This document shows positions 25,662 through 38,813 of a stretch of DNA of 64,000 bases, piece by piece. Below the pieces are notes generated by a model. That model saw only the letters and a list, made by a program, of their open reading frames with translations. It did not search any database and was not told where the DNA came from. Positions within the stretch are counted from its first letter, which is position 1; each line of letters starts with the position of its first letter. A program made the position numbers and the translations under genes. The DNA comes from Pseudovirgaria hyperparasitica (taxonomy: Eukaryota): NCBI GenBank assembly GCA_010093815.1, contig ML996571.1; one strand, written 5' to 3'.

Positions 25662-27943
25662 ATGGAGCCATCAGTGGAAGATCTTGCAGTCCCACAGTCA
25701 ATAATGACCACAGATTCTGTTACAACCAAGGCTGAAAAATTAGCACGGCATGACAATGGAGAAATGAACGACTACGAGGAGCCTCCAAGCAAAAGAGCCC
25801 GCACAGAAGGAACCAATGGAGCATCCGAAAATTTACAGACAGCACCTCAGCCAAGAGAGAGGGTCAGAGGGGTCGCCCCAGTGAAAGCAGAGTGAGACAC
25901 ACGTGGAAGTCGGGGACGTATATCAAATTATGCAATCGAACTAACAGTTGCAAAGATACATTCTTCCTGTCCCAGACAACAGGACGAAGCAGGAAAGGGC
26001 TGCCTTTGACGATGATGCTGCCGAAGCAGCACACCACGAGGGAGAAGGACGGCCTGGAAAGAAAGAAAAGAATAGAGGCCAAAATAAAGGCCGCGAATTT
26101 GGCAGCTCTAAGGATGCATTGCCTCTATGCGCTTCGGTTATGCTCCAGCCCGAATTTTCACCACTCGAATGCAGATTTGGTACTAAGTGCAAGTTTGAAC
26201 ACGACCTGCGAAGGTACTTGAAGGAAGGGAGGAGAGAAGACCTCAAAACGTTCAATGGGCAGTGCCCGATCTGGGATCTGAAGGGCCACTGCGAGATGGG
26301 ATGGAAGTGCAGGTTTGTTGGTTCTCACTCCACAGAAAGGGAGGTTGATGGCAAGAAGGAGCTTATACTTCTCGACGATGACAAGCGGAAAGCCCAAGCT
26401 GCGGCAGCAGGAGATGCGAATGGTCAAGTCGGGGTGGTCAACGATGTGCATCTAGACAGGAAAAAGGAGCTCAGCAGGAAGAAGTTTCCGCTACCAAAGT
26501 CGGACAAGTACGTACAATGGTTGAATGAGAAAGACAAGGCGAAACAACGCCTCGAAGGTCTCAAGAAGGATGAAATCGACGAGACAATGGACAACCGCGC
26601 ACAATTCGTCGATCCACCTCTACTCCCATCCGAGAAGCGTCGCATCTACTATGGTCCCGAAACTCCTATTCTCGCACCACTCACCACCACCGGCAACTTA
26701 CCCTTCCGCCGGCTTTGCGTCGGATTCGGCGCCCAAGTAACATGGTCCGAAATGGCCCTCGGTCTGCCCCTGATCACTGGTCACAAAGGCGAATGGGCGC
26801 TCATGAAAGCCCACGAATCTGAGACCCTTCCACCCGCATTCACTCCCGGAAGTCCTATCATACGCGGCTACTCCAACGAGAACGACCTCAAGTTCGGAGC
26901 TCAAATCGCCGCAAACAAACCCTGGCTCGCACTCAAAACTGCCGAAACGCTCAGTAACCTCTGTACCCACCTCCGGGCTATCGACCTGAACTGCGGCTGT
27001 CCCATCGATCTCGTATGCAATGACGGCGCCGGCTCTGCGCTTCTCGACCACCACGCAAAGCTCGAGAAGATGCTACGCGGCATGAACACAGTCTCCGGAC
27101 CTATTCCTATCACTGTAAAGATTCGCATGGGCACAACAAACTCTCACCCGACCGCCGAGAAACTTGTCGCGAGACTGATTAACGGTGGCGCAGAAGAATC
27201 AAGTCCTTGCGGCGTGGCAGCCATCACGCTGCATGGCCGGTCGCGCCAGCAGCGATACTCACGGGCTGCGGACTGGAGCTACATCTCATCTTGCGCAGCA
27301 CTCATCAAACGCACAAAGGAAACCCAGGACGCCCTTGTCGACACGACGGCCGAGCCCGACGCACGCTTCGCCGCGCCGGACGGCAAGGTGTACTTCATCG
27401 GCAACGGCGACGTCTACTCGCACGCCGACTACAACGCACACCTCAACGATGCAAACGTCGACAGCGTGATGGTGGCGCGTGGCGCGCTCATAAAGCCGTG
27501 GATCTTCGAGGAGATCGCGTCGGGGCAGTACCTCGACAAGTCTGCGACGGAGCGGCTCTCGTACATTGAGACATTCGTCAAGCACGGACTCGAGGCATGG
27601 GGCTCGGACGAGATGGGTGTGGGCACGACGCGGCGGTTCCTGCTGGAATGGCTGAGCTTTGCGTGCCGGTATGTACCGATCGGGCTCTTGGAGCATTTAC
27701 CGCCAAACATCCAGGACCGGCCGCCGAGGTACAGGGGCCGCAATGAGCTGGAGACACTGTTGAGCAGTGACAACTACAGAGACTGGATCAAGATCAGGTA
27801 CGTTGGACATCATCGCGGACTGGGGGGGCCGGGAGTGTGCTAATTATGGTGACAGTGAGATGTTTCTGGGCCCAGCGCATCCAAACTTCCGGTTTGAGCC
27901 GAAGCACAAGTCGAACAGCTATGAGATTGAAGCGGAGGGTTGA
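25662..27943 (+). CDS. DUS3: tRNA-dihydrouridine(47) synthase; introns 25892-25955 and 27798-27856
   Basis: CCCH fingers ([25 protein letters not shown]); [52 protein letters not shown]; last exon [29 protein letters not shown]. Confidence 0.95.
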
Positions 27944-28784
27944 GTCGTGATCGAGCGAAAACACTGTGTACGATGGAAGGATATCTAGTCACGAACACGT
28001 CAAGACATGTCAACCAAGGGAGGAATACCAAACACCAAGACCAAGACCAAGCCTTGTTCCCAAAATCCACAACATCACAATCACATATAGAAGGACCAGC
28101 CAGCTCCAGGTTCCACAAATTCAAACCATTAAAACCCCTCAACTCACCCATCTCTGCTGCCCTCCCATCACTGCGCCCCCTCCTCCCTTCCACAACTCTG
28201 AAACACACACCCTCATCACGGGAACCCTCACCCCCCCTGCTCTCCCATCCCACGTCCCACCAACCAAGCATCGGCCATCGGTCATCCCAAGCCCTCTATC
28301 CCTCACTCATCCCACAGTTCTCCCAGTAGAACGGGCAGAAGGAAAGGCAGACAGGCAGGCCGTGCCCTCTATGCCATCACGTTTTATAACTAATCACAAC
28401 GTGGGCAGACACGACGAGGAGATGCAAAAAATAAATACAGCTGCACGGATGGTAAGAGTTGCGATCATGCACACACGCGGTAACGGTTCGTTTGACGGTG
28501 GTGGCTACGCTGCGAGAGAGACAGAGCAGATGGCCAGCAGGGTACTTACTTATAAGAAAGTATCGCAAACAAAGGAGACATGCAGTCGAGAGTAGCACTG
28601 ATGGATTGATTGATTGATTACTAGGTGTCAATGTTGTATACATACATACATAGCTACGTCCGTCCATTCATGGTAAATTACTACCACGAACGGGCACACA
28701 ATGCATTACACACCACACCGCACCATTACCACACCAGTAACTACCACACCAACGCCAGTACCATAGAGATAGATATAAATAGAT

Positions 28785-28810
28785 AAAACAAAACAAAACA
28801 AAACCAAACA
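28785..28810. repeat. (AAAAC)n microsatellite
   Basis: aaaacaaaacaaaacaaaaccaaac. Confidence 0.75.
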
Positions 28811-30925
28811 TCCATAATCACATAGTCCCCTTCTTTCCTTTTGCACGTTAACAACGTTTGCAACGTGCGCAACGATGCTCCAAAGTCTCACCACTATCCA
28901 TCCCCTCTTCCAACCCGGGCCATGGTACTTTTTTCTATTTTGTTTTGTTCGATGTTGTTACTGTCAAGGTTCCTCCTTCCACCACATGGAACCTAGGATG
29001 TCATTGCTCCAATCACAGCGCATGAGCGACAACGGGCGGATGAGCCGGGGATGCACGGGATGTCTGAAGAAGGAAATCCGGTGGGTGCACCGGATGTGGA
29101 ATAGCGGGGGTTTGGGGGTGGGGAGGCAGCCCTACGACCGGGACCTGTCTGTTGAGAGACTCCTCCAGACCGCTACTATCGTTTGCATCTCTACAACAAC
29201 AATAACCTCGAGGACAACTCTCAGCTTGAAGAATTTAAATCTTTGCTTGAACCTCATACGGTTATGAGCGTGCTCTGTGCACTTTTTTACCTTTATAGTT
29301 TTGCTTACTGTTCGATCCTACGCGCGCAAGAGAGACGTAGATTCACGAGGAGTGTGACAAAGGCTGCAGACGGGGCATGCAATGTGTATTGGGAGGGGAG
29401 AGACGGGATTCGATCCGATTCATGTGATATGTGCGGTGCGAAAGGTAGAATACGAGGCAGGGTGCGACATCGGGCGAGATCTGTCTTGGCCAAAACAAAG
29501 CAAGGAAAAAAAGAAGGGCGATCGATTCGGATGGTTCGAGGCGAGAGCCCAAGGCGATGCTGTTCATCGGAGAGGATTGATAGGTACCTTAGTTAGCAGG
29601 TGTTACGATCCTCTGGGTGTGAGAGTGTGGTAATGCATGTGGTGGTGGTGATGATGATGATGATGGATCCCGGCAAGTGCGTGCGTAGGTCGCCGCCGCT
29701 CGGCAGCGGACTCAGGGACTGGACAGGCAGGAGCGCTGCGGTGTCATGCTGGGAAATGTCAGTATTGATGGAATCCCAGTACTGGCCTTGTTATTATAAC
29801 GATCATCAGGATCATGATAATCATCGTAATATCAGCGTCTAAGACGAGACGACGACTGTTCACTGTGTTCAGCTGGATCTGGAGTGCAGTGTGCAGACGA
29901 CATGTGAAGGCGTTCGGCTGAAGGCATTCGGCTGCATCCGGCAGGCTCAGCCGATCCCGAACAGTTGACAGATGCTCGCCCATTTGCCGTCCCCCTGAGC
30001 TGGCGGCCTTCCTGGCGAAGATGGCTGACCCTTTTGCGGTAAACACGGCGACAAGCAGTGACGGTTGACGGGGTCTAGAGCTAGGACATGCTCGGTTGGC
30101 TAGAACAATTCGGTCGAGTAGCAGCATCTGTCACCCAGTCCGTGGTTTCAATGTATGCTAATGCTACTGTTCGTCCGGAAATAGCCTCATACTCGTCTGG
30201 TCTGGTCATGGTCTATACACCATTGGTTTAGGGAGATATGGAGGACGTGTCTCGGATGGGGCATGGTTAGTCTAGTTATGTAACGATTATCCTTCGAGAG
30301 CGCGTGCTTCGTGGACTCGTGGACGTGTGGTCTGTGTACTGTGGACTGTGTGGACTGTGGCGCTCAGACTGGTGCAATATATGATGCAGCAAGTCGAGTG
30401 AATTCAGCTGAGGCCGTGCGATGTTACTGAGTGCATACTTGTCGTGAATATGGTAGGCAGTAGAGTAGTGGGTGGTAGGCAATATCGTGGTTCTGAACAG
30501 ATTGAATAATCGCATGATACCACGCAGACGGAATGCAGGCCAAACGGACAAAGGCGCTTCTCGGTCAATTGGAAGCGGCTGCTGGACAAGTGTCCGTCTC
30601 GGTGACGTCCACTTCACGGTAACGTCAACGTCAACACGTCAACGTCCGGACATCAGCCGTGGTTATAGCCACGATGGCAGGGAAATGATCTACGATCCGC
30701 ACCACTAACTGACATCAGGCGAGTTAATAGACGAGACGAATAATTGCATCAGCGTGATGATGATAGACGGTCTTGCTTCCCAAGTTCGCTATATCAGATG
30801 TCAGTCAGACGGGGATGGATGGGGGTGATGGGGCAGTCGGGGGAGGTCTAAGCTTGTTCCAGAAAGCCCCTAGAAGCGCTACTATGTCCAATCCTAGTGG
30901 GTCGTTAGGCAGATTCCACATCATC

Positions 30926-30969
30926 GTGTGTTGTTGTGCGTGCGTGTGTGCGTGTGTGTGCGTGCGTGC
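30926..30969. repeat. Imperfect (GT)/(GCGT)n microsatellite
   Basis: gtgtgttgttgtgcgtgcgtgtgtgcgtgtgtgtgcgtgcgtgc. Confidence 0.75.
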
Positions 30970-32977
30970 ACGGAGAGAGACAGACGGAGACGGCTCCTGT
31001 GCTATTCTGTAGAGATTGACCTGTTGTTCATTACTCGAGCACCCCCTTGCATGGTGTCGCACCTTCGCCGTTGTTGGCTTCACGAAGCCACGTGAGGAGA
31101 TGAGGATGAGGTTGTCAGTTGAGAACAACACACGCACACGCTAGGCCGGATCTCCGCTGCAGAACTGGGGTGCAGCCAGCAGCGATGGCACTCAACACCA
31201 TAGAGGAGGGTTAATCATGCCACTCAATAGTAGCAGTAATAGTACATAGCATATGATAATAGAACAGAAGTAATATGTAAATACTGGTAGAACGCAGTAA
31301 GACTACACATCTTTCTCTCTCCCTCTCTCTCGCGTGGTGACGGCTTAGGTCGGCATCCTGCTGGGTGGGGGATCCTAAGCTGCATCGCCGCAGTAGCCTC
31401 GACGCGAACCGGGCCTCTCAACTTTAACCCACTATAGCGACAGGCAGCGGCGGAGATATTAGGTAGAAGTGTAGGTATAGGTGGTAGATGGTATGTAGTA
31501 TGTGGTAATTAGGAGGTCAGTAAGCATGGTAGGTAGTAGTATAGTAAATGTAGCGGTGACGGAGCAGCCAACAAGCCAAAAAGCCAGCCAGCCAGCCAGC
31601 AAGGGGATGGATGCCAATGTAGTGCGCGCACTCAACTTCATGGATGGATGTGAAATGTGTCGTCAGGTATTAATGAGTAATTAGTAGCTTACAGTAGATG
31701 CTTCAACATGAGATTAGACAGTGGCAGCGAAGTGAATGTCGTCGTCAAGCCTCAATGCTCGCACGGCCAGACAGACCCCCTCATCGTTCGTCGCTGTCGT
31801 CGTCCCTTCTCCGCCATACAGCTTCTGCTTCATACTACCCATCCATCTCATCCATACCATCCATGCCCATACATCCCTCCCCACCTAAACCCGCCAAGTG
31901 GTTAATAACTTTGATACCCCGGACCACTTTTTACTCTTAATATTGCTGTTACATCTTCTACTTCAACAATCTTCCATTGCTACAGCTGTTCACTATTATT
32001 ACTCACGCGTTCAACAATCGAATCACTTGCTTTCTGTCGAGTCTTGTTGTCGGTAACGAGGGCGCTGCCTTACACACGCTACAAGCAAATCCTCATCATC
32101 AACATACACTCACTCTATCCCTCCCACCATTACTCACTCGCTCTCCCACCCTTTCTCTCTCTCTGCAGCTCTCACTGGATTGGAGCGCATATCGCACTGC
32201 ACCCTACATCACTAGAGTCGACCAACGAGTCAACCACCACCACCACCCGCCTGATCTTCTGTCCAATCATCACGACGAGTCTGTTACCCGAAATCGACTG
32301 CAGGCCTGGTCTCCGAATACTATAATATACCCTACTTCGCCTTCGCCTTCGCTCTCACCGCCACCGTCCATAATACTTTTCTGCCATCCTCGACGCTCTG
32401 CTGCCTCTCCAATTCTTTTGGCTTCACGTTGCAGAACGTACTGCCCGTTACCCGACGCTCGCCAAGCTACTTCCGCAACGACTATAGTACCTAGTCTAAC
32501 AACCAACGAACCATACCGCTACCGCTTACACCATCTCCATACAGTCCCCACAACGTCCACGACTGTGATCGCCCCATTAGCCGGCCTAAACATCTGTCAA
32601 CCACTCTCCGCCGCTCTCGTCCAATCCACCTTGCCTTTCCTCTCCAGATAATTCTCACCACCGCGAAACTGGATTCCTCAACCGCCTCCACGCCTCCCCT
32701 CTCCTACTCGCCCATCCAAAGTGACAGGGAACGCGAGTCGACCGCCGAGAGTACGCCAATCACAACTCCTGTCACTACCTCCCTCGATCATACATTCTTC
32801 GCTCGACAGCGTCGTGATAAAGACCTCTACTTCAGCTGGCATCGCAAGAGCGCAAACGACACAGATCCCACAGACTCGTCTGGGAGTGACTTGTTGTTCG
32901 AGGACGCAGGCGACTGCAGCTTCCCGCTGTTTCCTGAGTCTCCACCATCCGCCTCGTGCTTCCCCGCCGCCGCCACA

Positions 32978-34839
32978 ATGGCTACTCAGGTTTCGCCCAT
33001 TGACATCAACACCCCTCCCAGATACAATTCAGCAAGCCCTCGGAACCAAACCTCCAATCTGACCTCTGCTTTGCAACAAGCGAGCGCGCACGGCAACCAA
33101 CAAGTACAGGACTCGATACTCGGTCCAGACGAGCCACGGGTCTCCATCTCGGACCCGTCCGGTCGCAACGAGTCCATAAGTCATGCATTTGGCTCTTATT
33201 ATGGCTCAGGTGCGCGCCCAATTTCCACAAAGGATCGCCCTCGTCGTGAGAGCAACACTGGCGCTGGAAGCTACCTCGGCATGAGCTGGGGAGGTATGTC
33301 TGTGGGAAGCTGGATCAACAACGAGTAAGAGACAAAGACTTGTGTCGCAGAAGCAGGAATTAACGCTGACGCTCTCATAGTATAGCCATGCAGGGCACGT
33401 CGCCAGCCATGCAGTCACCTTCCTTCCACTCTTCTTCGTACCTGCCAAAAATGGAGGCAAATTTTATGAAAGATTTCACATGCTGCGGCCTGACACTTGA
33501 CTCACTACATGAACTCCTTCAACATTTTGAAGAGGCACATGCCCAAGCACCCGGTCAAAATTTACCTAGAACGTCAACCAGTGGTCATAGCGGCCTCCCA
33601 CAAAAGCCGGGTGCTATGCCTGCTTCGTCAAGTCGTGCAACACAAGCGGATCCTGCTGCATTCACCCAGCATGGCTTTCAGACTACTCCACGCCCACAGC
33701 CCACACAGTACAACATTGCACGGTCCCAGCGACTGGGATCAGATGGTTTCAGCAAAACGAACCTGTCTACCGTGCATGACATGGACAATGTGGAGGACAT
33801 GGAGATGGATGATGTGGGCGTGATGCCGTCAATTGATGAGCAGCACCACTTTGACATGCAGCAGCAACAACACTTCAGCAATCTTCCCCAACTGAATGTG
33901 AACCTTGCGAACTTGCAGAATCAAGGTCTTCGAAATTCGAACCCCAATACCCCTCTTGCTACAGCTTCGCCCTTCGGACTTCAACACAACCCCACTGTCT
34001 CTTCTGTCAACACGCCTACACTTAGCACAGCACCACTACAACAGCAAAGTAGGACACCAGACTCATCTACACCGGGTACTCCTGCAGAATTTGACCCAGA
34101 TTACACCATGGGCTTACCAGGAGGACTTCCGATGAATAACCAGATGAACGGTATGAATGGACTAAACGGAATGAATGGCATGAACGGAGACCTAAATTTC
34201 AACATGAATTTTGGCACTGGAATGGGGGGAGCCTTCGATGGTACAATAGACCAGCCAGCCAAGCGCCTCTTCAGCAAAAATGGATCCGGCGTCACCCAGG
34301 CACAGCTAGCGATGGCAATTCGTTCCGCACAGGGAGCTGGCGACGTGCAGCTACAGAATCAGCTTCTTGCAAAGATGCAAGGTCTGCAACAGCAGGAAGA
34401 GGTCAAGCCTTTCAGATGTCCTGTAATAGGATGTGAAAAAGCATACAAGAACCAAAATGGTTTGAAATACCACAAGACGGTCAGTTTGTACAGCCAAGCT
34501 ATGTTGTGCATATCCCGCTAACACTTCTTCCAGCATGGTCACCAAAATCAGAAACTCAAGGAGAATGATAACGGAACCTTCTCTATCGTCGATCCGGTTA
34601 CAAGCGTTCCTTACCCTGGCAGCATGGGCATGGAAAAAGAGAAGCCTTATCGCTGTGACTACTGCGGGAAGCGCTACAAGAACCTGAACGGCCTCAAGTA
34701 CCACAGACAACACTCAGCAAATTGTAACCCCGATCTCGTCAACCAACTTGGCCCGCTCAATGGCCTTCAAAATATTCAAGGTCTCAACGTCAACGTTGCT
34801 GGTGCAGGCCTAAGCGGCATCGAAGGTAGCATGTTCTGA
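32978..34839 (+). CDS. SFP1: Sfp1-like split C2H2 zinc-finger transcription factor; introns 33325-33380 and 34480-34533; possible CUG-initiated extension from 32669
   Basis: SSYLPKMEANFMKDFTCCGLTLDSLHELLQHFEEAH; KPFRCPVIGCEKAYKNQNGLKYHK.HGH; EKPYRCDYCGKRYKNLNGLKYH. Confidence 0.93.
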
Positions 34840-35949
34840 GTATCGAAACCACAGCGTGTTCTTTCCTTTTCACTTGCTTTTCATCTACTGCCAGATATCT
34901 GTCAGAGTCTTTTGTCGAATACCCAGCTTCAACCTTTTACACACGCTAAGGCCACTAATACGCTGTCACGGCCGCACATGATGAACCGATAGACTATGCC
35001 TCTCATTTGTTCATATACCGGCTGGCGGCACATCCTTCGGCATCATCATATCACATTTCAGGCGTTTTTAAAATACCACCCAACCAAAAGTTTGTTGATT
35101 TGTTGTTTGTTTTTCCGGAGTATTTTTCACTTGTCAATGTCGTCCCAACTCACTGCGTATACTGTCAGAAACGGGGTTTAAGCATTCCCGCTTTTTTTGT
35201 AATTTCTTGTGGATCAATTTCGCCCCTGTTTTTCGGGTCTCCCTACCCAACGGCAATGCTGATGTGTCTATGTGCACATTGGTTGCTCGCTGCTCTTGCA
35301 GTTCTCGTTATTCTCCATCCTCCTTATTTGGGTAAAAAAAGATTTACAAAAAGGGAGGCGAATTTCGGGAAATTTTGAAAAGAGAAATGGCGAGCATGTG
35401 CATTATGGGCGACTTTGGGTTGTTTTGGGGCACGCGCATGGGCGGAGCGTAATGTAGGTGGTACCTCTTGAAAAGCGTACCTAACCTAACCTACCTTTGG
35501 ATTTTTGGTTGGGGATGAAGATGAAGGAGAAGAGAGCGGGTGGGTGGGCGTGATGGGAAAGTTCTATAGATCGATCTCTCTGGCAGTTTAGCGAGTCTAT
35601 ATAAAGCAAGCACATGAGACTGTGTAGACTTCTTTCTGTTTTAGCTTAGCTTGCTTAGCTTTGAGCCATACATATACGAAGGAGGCTACTATTTATTTAT
35701 TACCTCTTGAAAAACTTTCTGGCTGCCGCTGGTTTAACTTGACTTTTTGCAGTTTTTTTTTGGAGGGGGGGGGCAGCAAAGGATCGGTCGGACATGAAAA
35801 TATGATTCCGTTTTATCGATTCATTCTTTGGGGAGGGGTGATGTTCCCAACTACTACTAAAAACCCACGATGCGCTCGCTCTGCGCTCGTCAACAATGGT
35901 ATTGAATTTTCCCGTCATGTTCTCGAAACAACCCCAAAAAAACCCCTTC

Positions 35950-38813
35950 TCAATGCCCAATCCCACCCGCTGCCCAATCCATGAAATTCGGGTCATCGCG
36001 GTCTGGAAACATGCCTCTGTCCTGCTGCTGCTGCTGCCCGCCAACAACTCCACCGTCTGCACCGGCCCCACCACCAACACCACCAACACCACCACCATTC
36101 ATTGCATGATCCCCTCCGCCCTGTGCATGCTGCTGCTGCTGTTGCTGTTGGTGTCCGTCCTGATGATGGCCCCCCTGTTCCATGCCCTGCGCCTGCCTTC
36201 TATTCCGCCAATATACCAGGGCCCCCAGCGCCATAACGACACTCATGATGAGCAAGGTATCGAGGATGCCGTCGTCGAGGTCATCGTAATATTCGCCTTC
36301 GCCACCAGGCATGCCGTCGGTCGCAGGGGCGTCCCAGTCATCGACCTCATTCTCGTAGGCGGCGTCGCCGCCGTCATACCACGCGTCGGTTGCGTCGAGG
36401 AAGTTCTGGAGCCATTCGGAAAAGGAGACTTCTTTTTGGGTTTCTGGAGTACAAGGTCAGATTGGGTTAAAATACTTTGGGGATGGCAAGAAGATTAGAG
36501 GGAATGGGGGCTAAGGAGAATAGGTGTAGAGGTATAAGGAGGCGTACCTGGCTCATTCTGGATGGATTTGATGCGGCCATCAGTAATATCATTCCACCAG
36601 CTGCGCAGACGCAGTTTATAGAGGGCGAGTGTGACGGGGAGGTATGCTTCGCGGGGATTTGTTTCAAGTGCTAGATCGTAGTAGCGCTTTGCAAGGTGGA
36701 AGTCCTGCTCGACGCCGATACCATTCTCGTGCATCCAGCCGAGATTCCACATCGCTTGCGCGCACTGCATTGTCTCGGCGGCAGTCTGGTAGCACGTCGC
36801 TGCTTTCTCGCGGTCGAGGGGAGTGCCGCGGCCCCCGAGGTAGTAGTCGCCCATCTTGACCATGGAGTCGATGTTTAGTTGCTTTGCGGACCGGGTCCAG
36901 TAGATCAGGGCCAGGCCGTCGTCAGTGAGATTCGTTGCTTTCTTCTTAGCCCAGGAGAGGGTATCTTCCCAGGAGCGACAATGCTGAGCACGGTCAAGAA
37001 GGTAGGCAACATTGGCCTGCGCGGACTCAAAGCCTTGTTCTGCTGCCATCATATAGCCTACGAGAGCCGTCTGGAGATCTCCTACTTCGTATGCTTCGTT
37101 GGCTTCTTCAAATGATGAATGAATCGACTCTGCTTTCTCCGCTACAATCTTGTAATACACGGCAGCCATCCCGCAATTCTTGTCACGACCAACGCCTTGA
37201 AGTGATAGATCACCCAAGTAGTAGAAGGCTTCGATATGGCCATTTCTAGCGGCAAGTTCGAAATACTTCGATGCTGTGACGACATCTCCCTGATCAAGAA
37301 ATAGAGCTCCAAGCTTGACCTGGGCTGATGCGAGGTCTTGGTCCGCTGCCGGAAGGAAATACTCGGCAGCTTTGACTGCGTCCTGGGGAACTTCCCAGCC
37401 ATGAAGATACATCAGCCCCATGTGATATTGAGACAGTGCATCTCCATTGGAGACCCCACGCTTGAACCATGTCTGGGCAATGTCAAATCTTTGCTCAACT
37501 CCTTCGCCACGCATATACATCCGCCCAATGTAGCCAGCTGCCTTAGACGCAAGTTTCTCGGCTTGTGGAGACACATCACCAACCAATTTCCCATCTTTTT
37601 GCCATAGGAGCCGAGCTACACTGTAGAAGTATTGTTTGGCCATTCGATAATCAGGCTTGAGGCCGCGGGCACCGTCGTAGTACGTCTTCGCTAGATTGAA
37701 CGTTGCTCTAGCATCTCCGGTTTTATGCATCAGCTCGATATAGTCTAGGACATCCTCAAGGGCAGCATATGCGTCTGAATTTGGTCCTCCTTGTCTAGCG
37801 TTTGGTCCGGAGCTGCTAACACTGGCGCCTTCACCATAGACGCCACCTTCCTCATCTGCGATGCGAAATGAATCTTTGTACAATACATGACCCCCTGGTG
37901 GCCCTGATCGCAAGTATTCAATTGCTTTGTCGGCCACCTTCTGGTAGTAGTATACAGCTGTATCGCAGTTCCTCGGGGTTGAAATGCCACTGTGGTGGCG
38001 AAATGCAACAGTCATTTCTGAGCGAATGTCACCCCCTTCTGCTGCAAATGTATGGTACAGTAGAGCTCGGGCCTGATCTGATTTCACCGCACCTCCTATT
38101 CCTGTAGCGTAGATGAAACCCAGCATGTGCTGAGCAGTGCTATTCTCATACTCAAAGGCCAGCTCTTGATATCTCCGGAACGCTTCTGTATAGTTTCGAG
38201 GATATGAATAGTTTCCGTGGAAATTCATCTCGGCCAGGAGGAAAATTGCATCGGGATTCTTCATTTCTGCCGACTTTTCGAGTAACTTCACCGCGTTGGT
38301 AAGGGGTCTGCTCAGCTTCTTCTGAGGTTGCGACGTAACGCCATCTTGTCCGGGCGGAGTGTTCATGAAAAGGAAGACGAAAAGCTGCTTTGCATAGTGC
38401 CATGTCAAGTCTATGGGGCCCGACAGCCTGGGTGAATTAGACGGCTTTTTTGCTGACGACTTGATCTTGCGAAGGATGTCGGTTGCCTCTGCGAAAGCAG
38501 GTGCGCCTAATTCATGTCAAAACCCATCGAATCTCAATGAATAGTCTATGCAGACTCAATTGAGCCTACCAGGATATATTTCACTCTCTTGTGTTGTTTG
38601 CATATCTGGGTCGAGGTTCCTCGATGTCGACTTGAGGTTGCCAAGAGGCTGCTGACTCCTTCTCGTATCATCTGCATGTTGTTGCGCGTAGATCAATGAA
38701 GAAAATAAGATAACTGCCCTTCCAAAGTTAGATACAGCCTTGGTGGAACATCCACTCCAAAAGTCTAGCTTACCAAGGAAGAGCGGCAGAAGCCGCCGAG
38801 GTTGCAACTTCAT
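35950..38813 (-). CDS. HRD3: ERAD component Hrd3/SEL1L (SEL1 repeats, C-terminal TM and Gln/Gly-rich tail); multi-exon
   Basis: Many SEL1 repeats (AQHMLGFIYATGIG; AAEQGFESAQANVAYLLD; DSMVKMGDYYLGG; AMWNLGWMHENGIGVEQDFHLAKRYYDLA); N-terminal signal; TM DTLLIMSVVMALGALVYWR. Confidence 0.92.

Noticed and set aside
27940..28595. Overlapping 129-209 aa ORFs after DUS3
   Set aside because: C-rich UTR or intergenic sequence with no motifs or evident codon bias.
31977..32651. 224-codon stop-free + strand frame in the SFP1 leader
   Set aside because: Contains no ATG, is in a different frame from SFP1, and translates to low-complexity L/S/P/T/H as expected from C/T-rich DNA. Worth revisiting only if ribosome profiling shows footprints.
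35477..35496. cctaacctaacctacc as an interstitial telomere repeat
   Set aside because: The unit is CCTAA, not CCCTAA, with too few copies; similar TACCTA/TAGGTA motifs are common in the intergenic DNA here.
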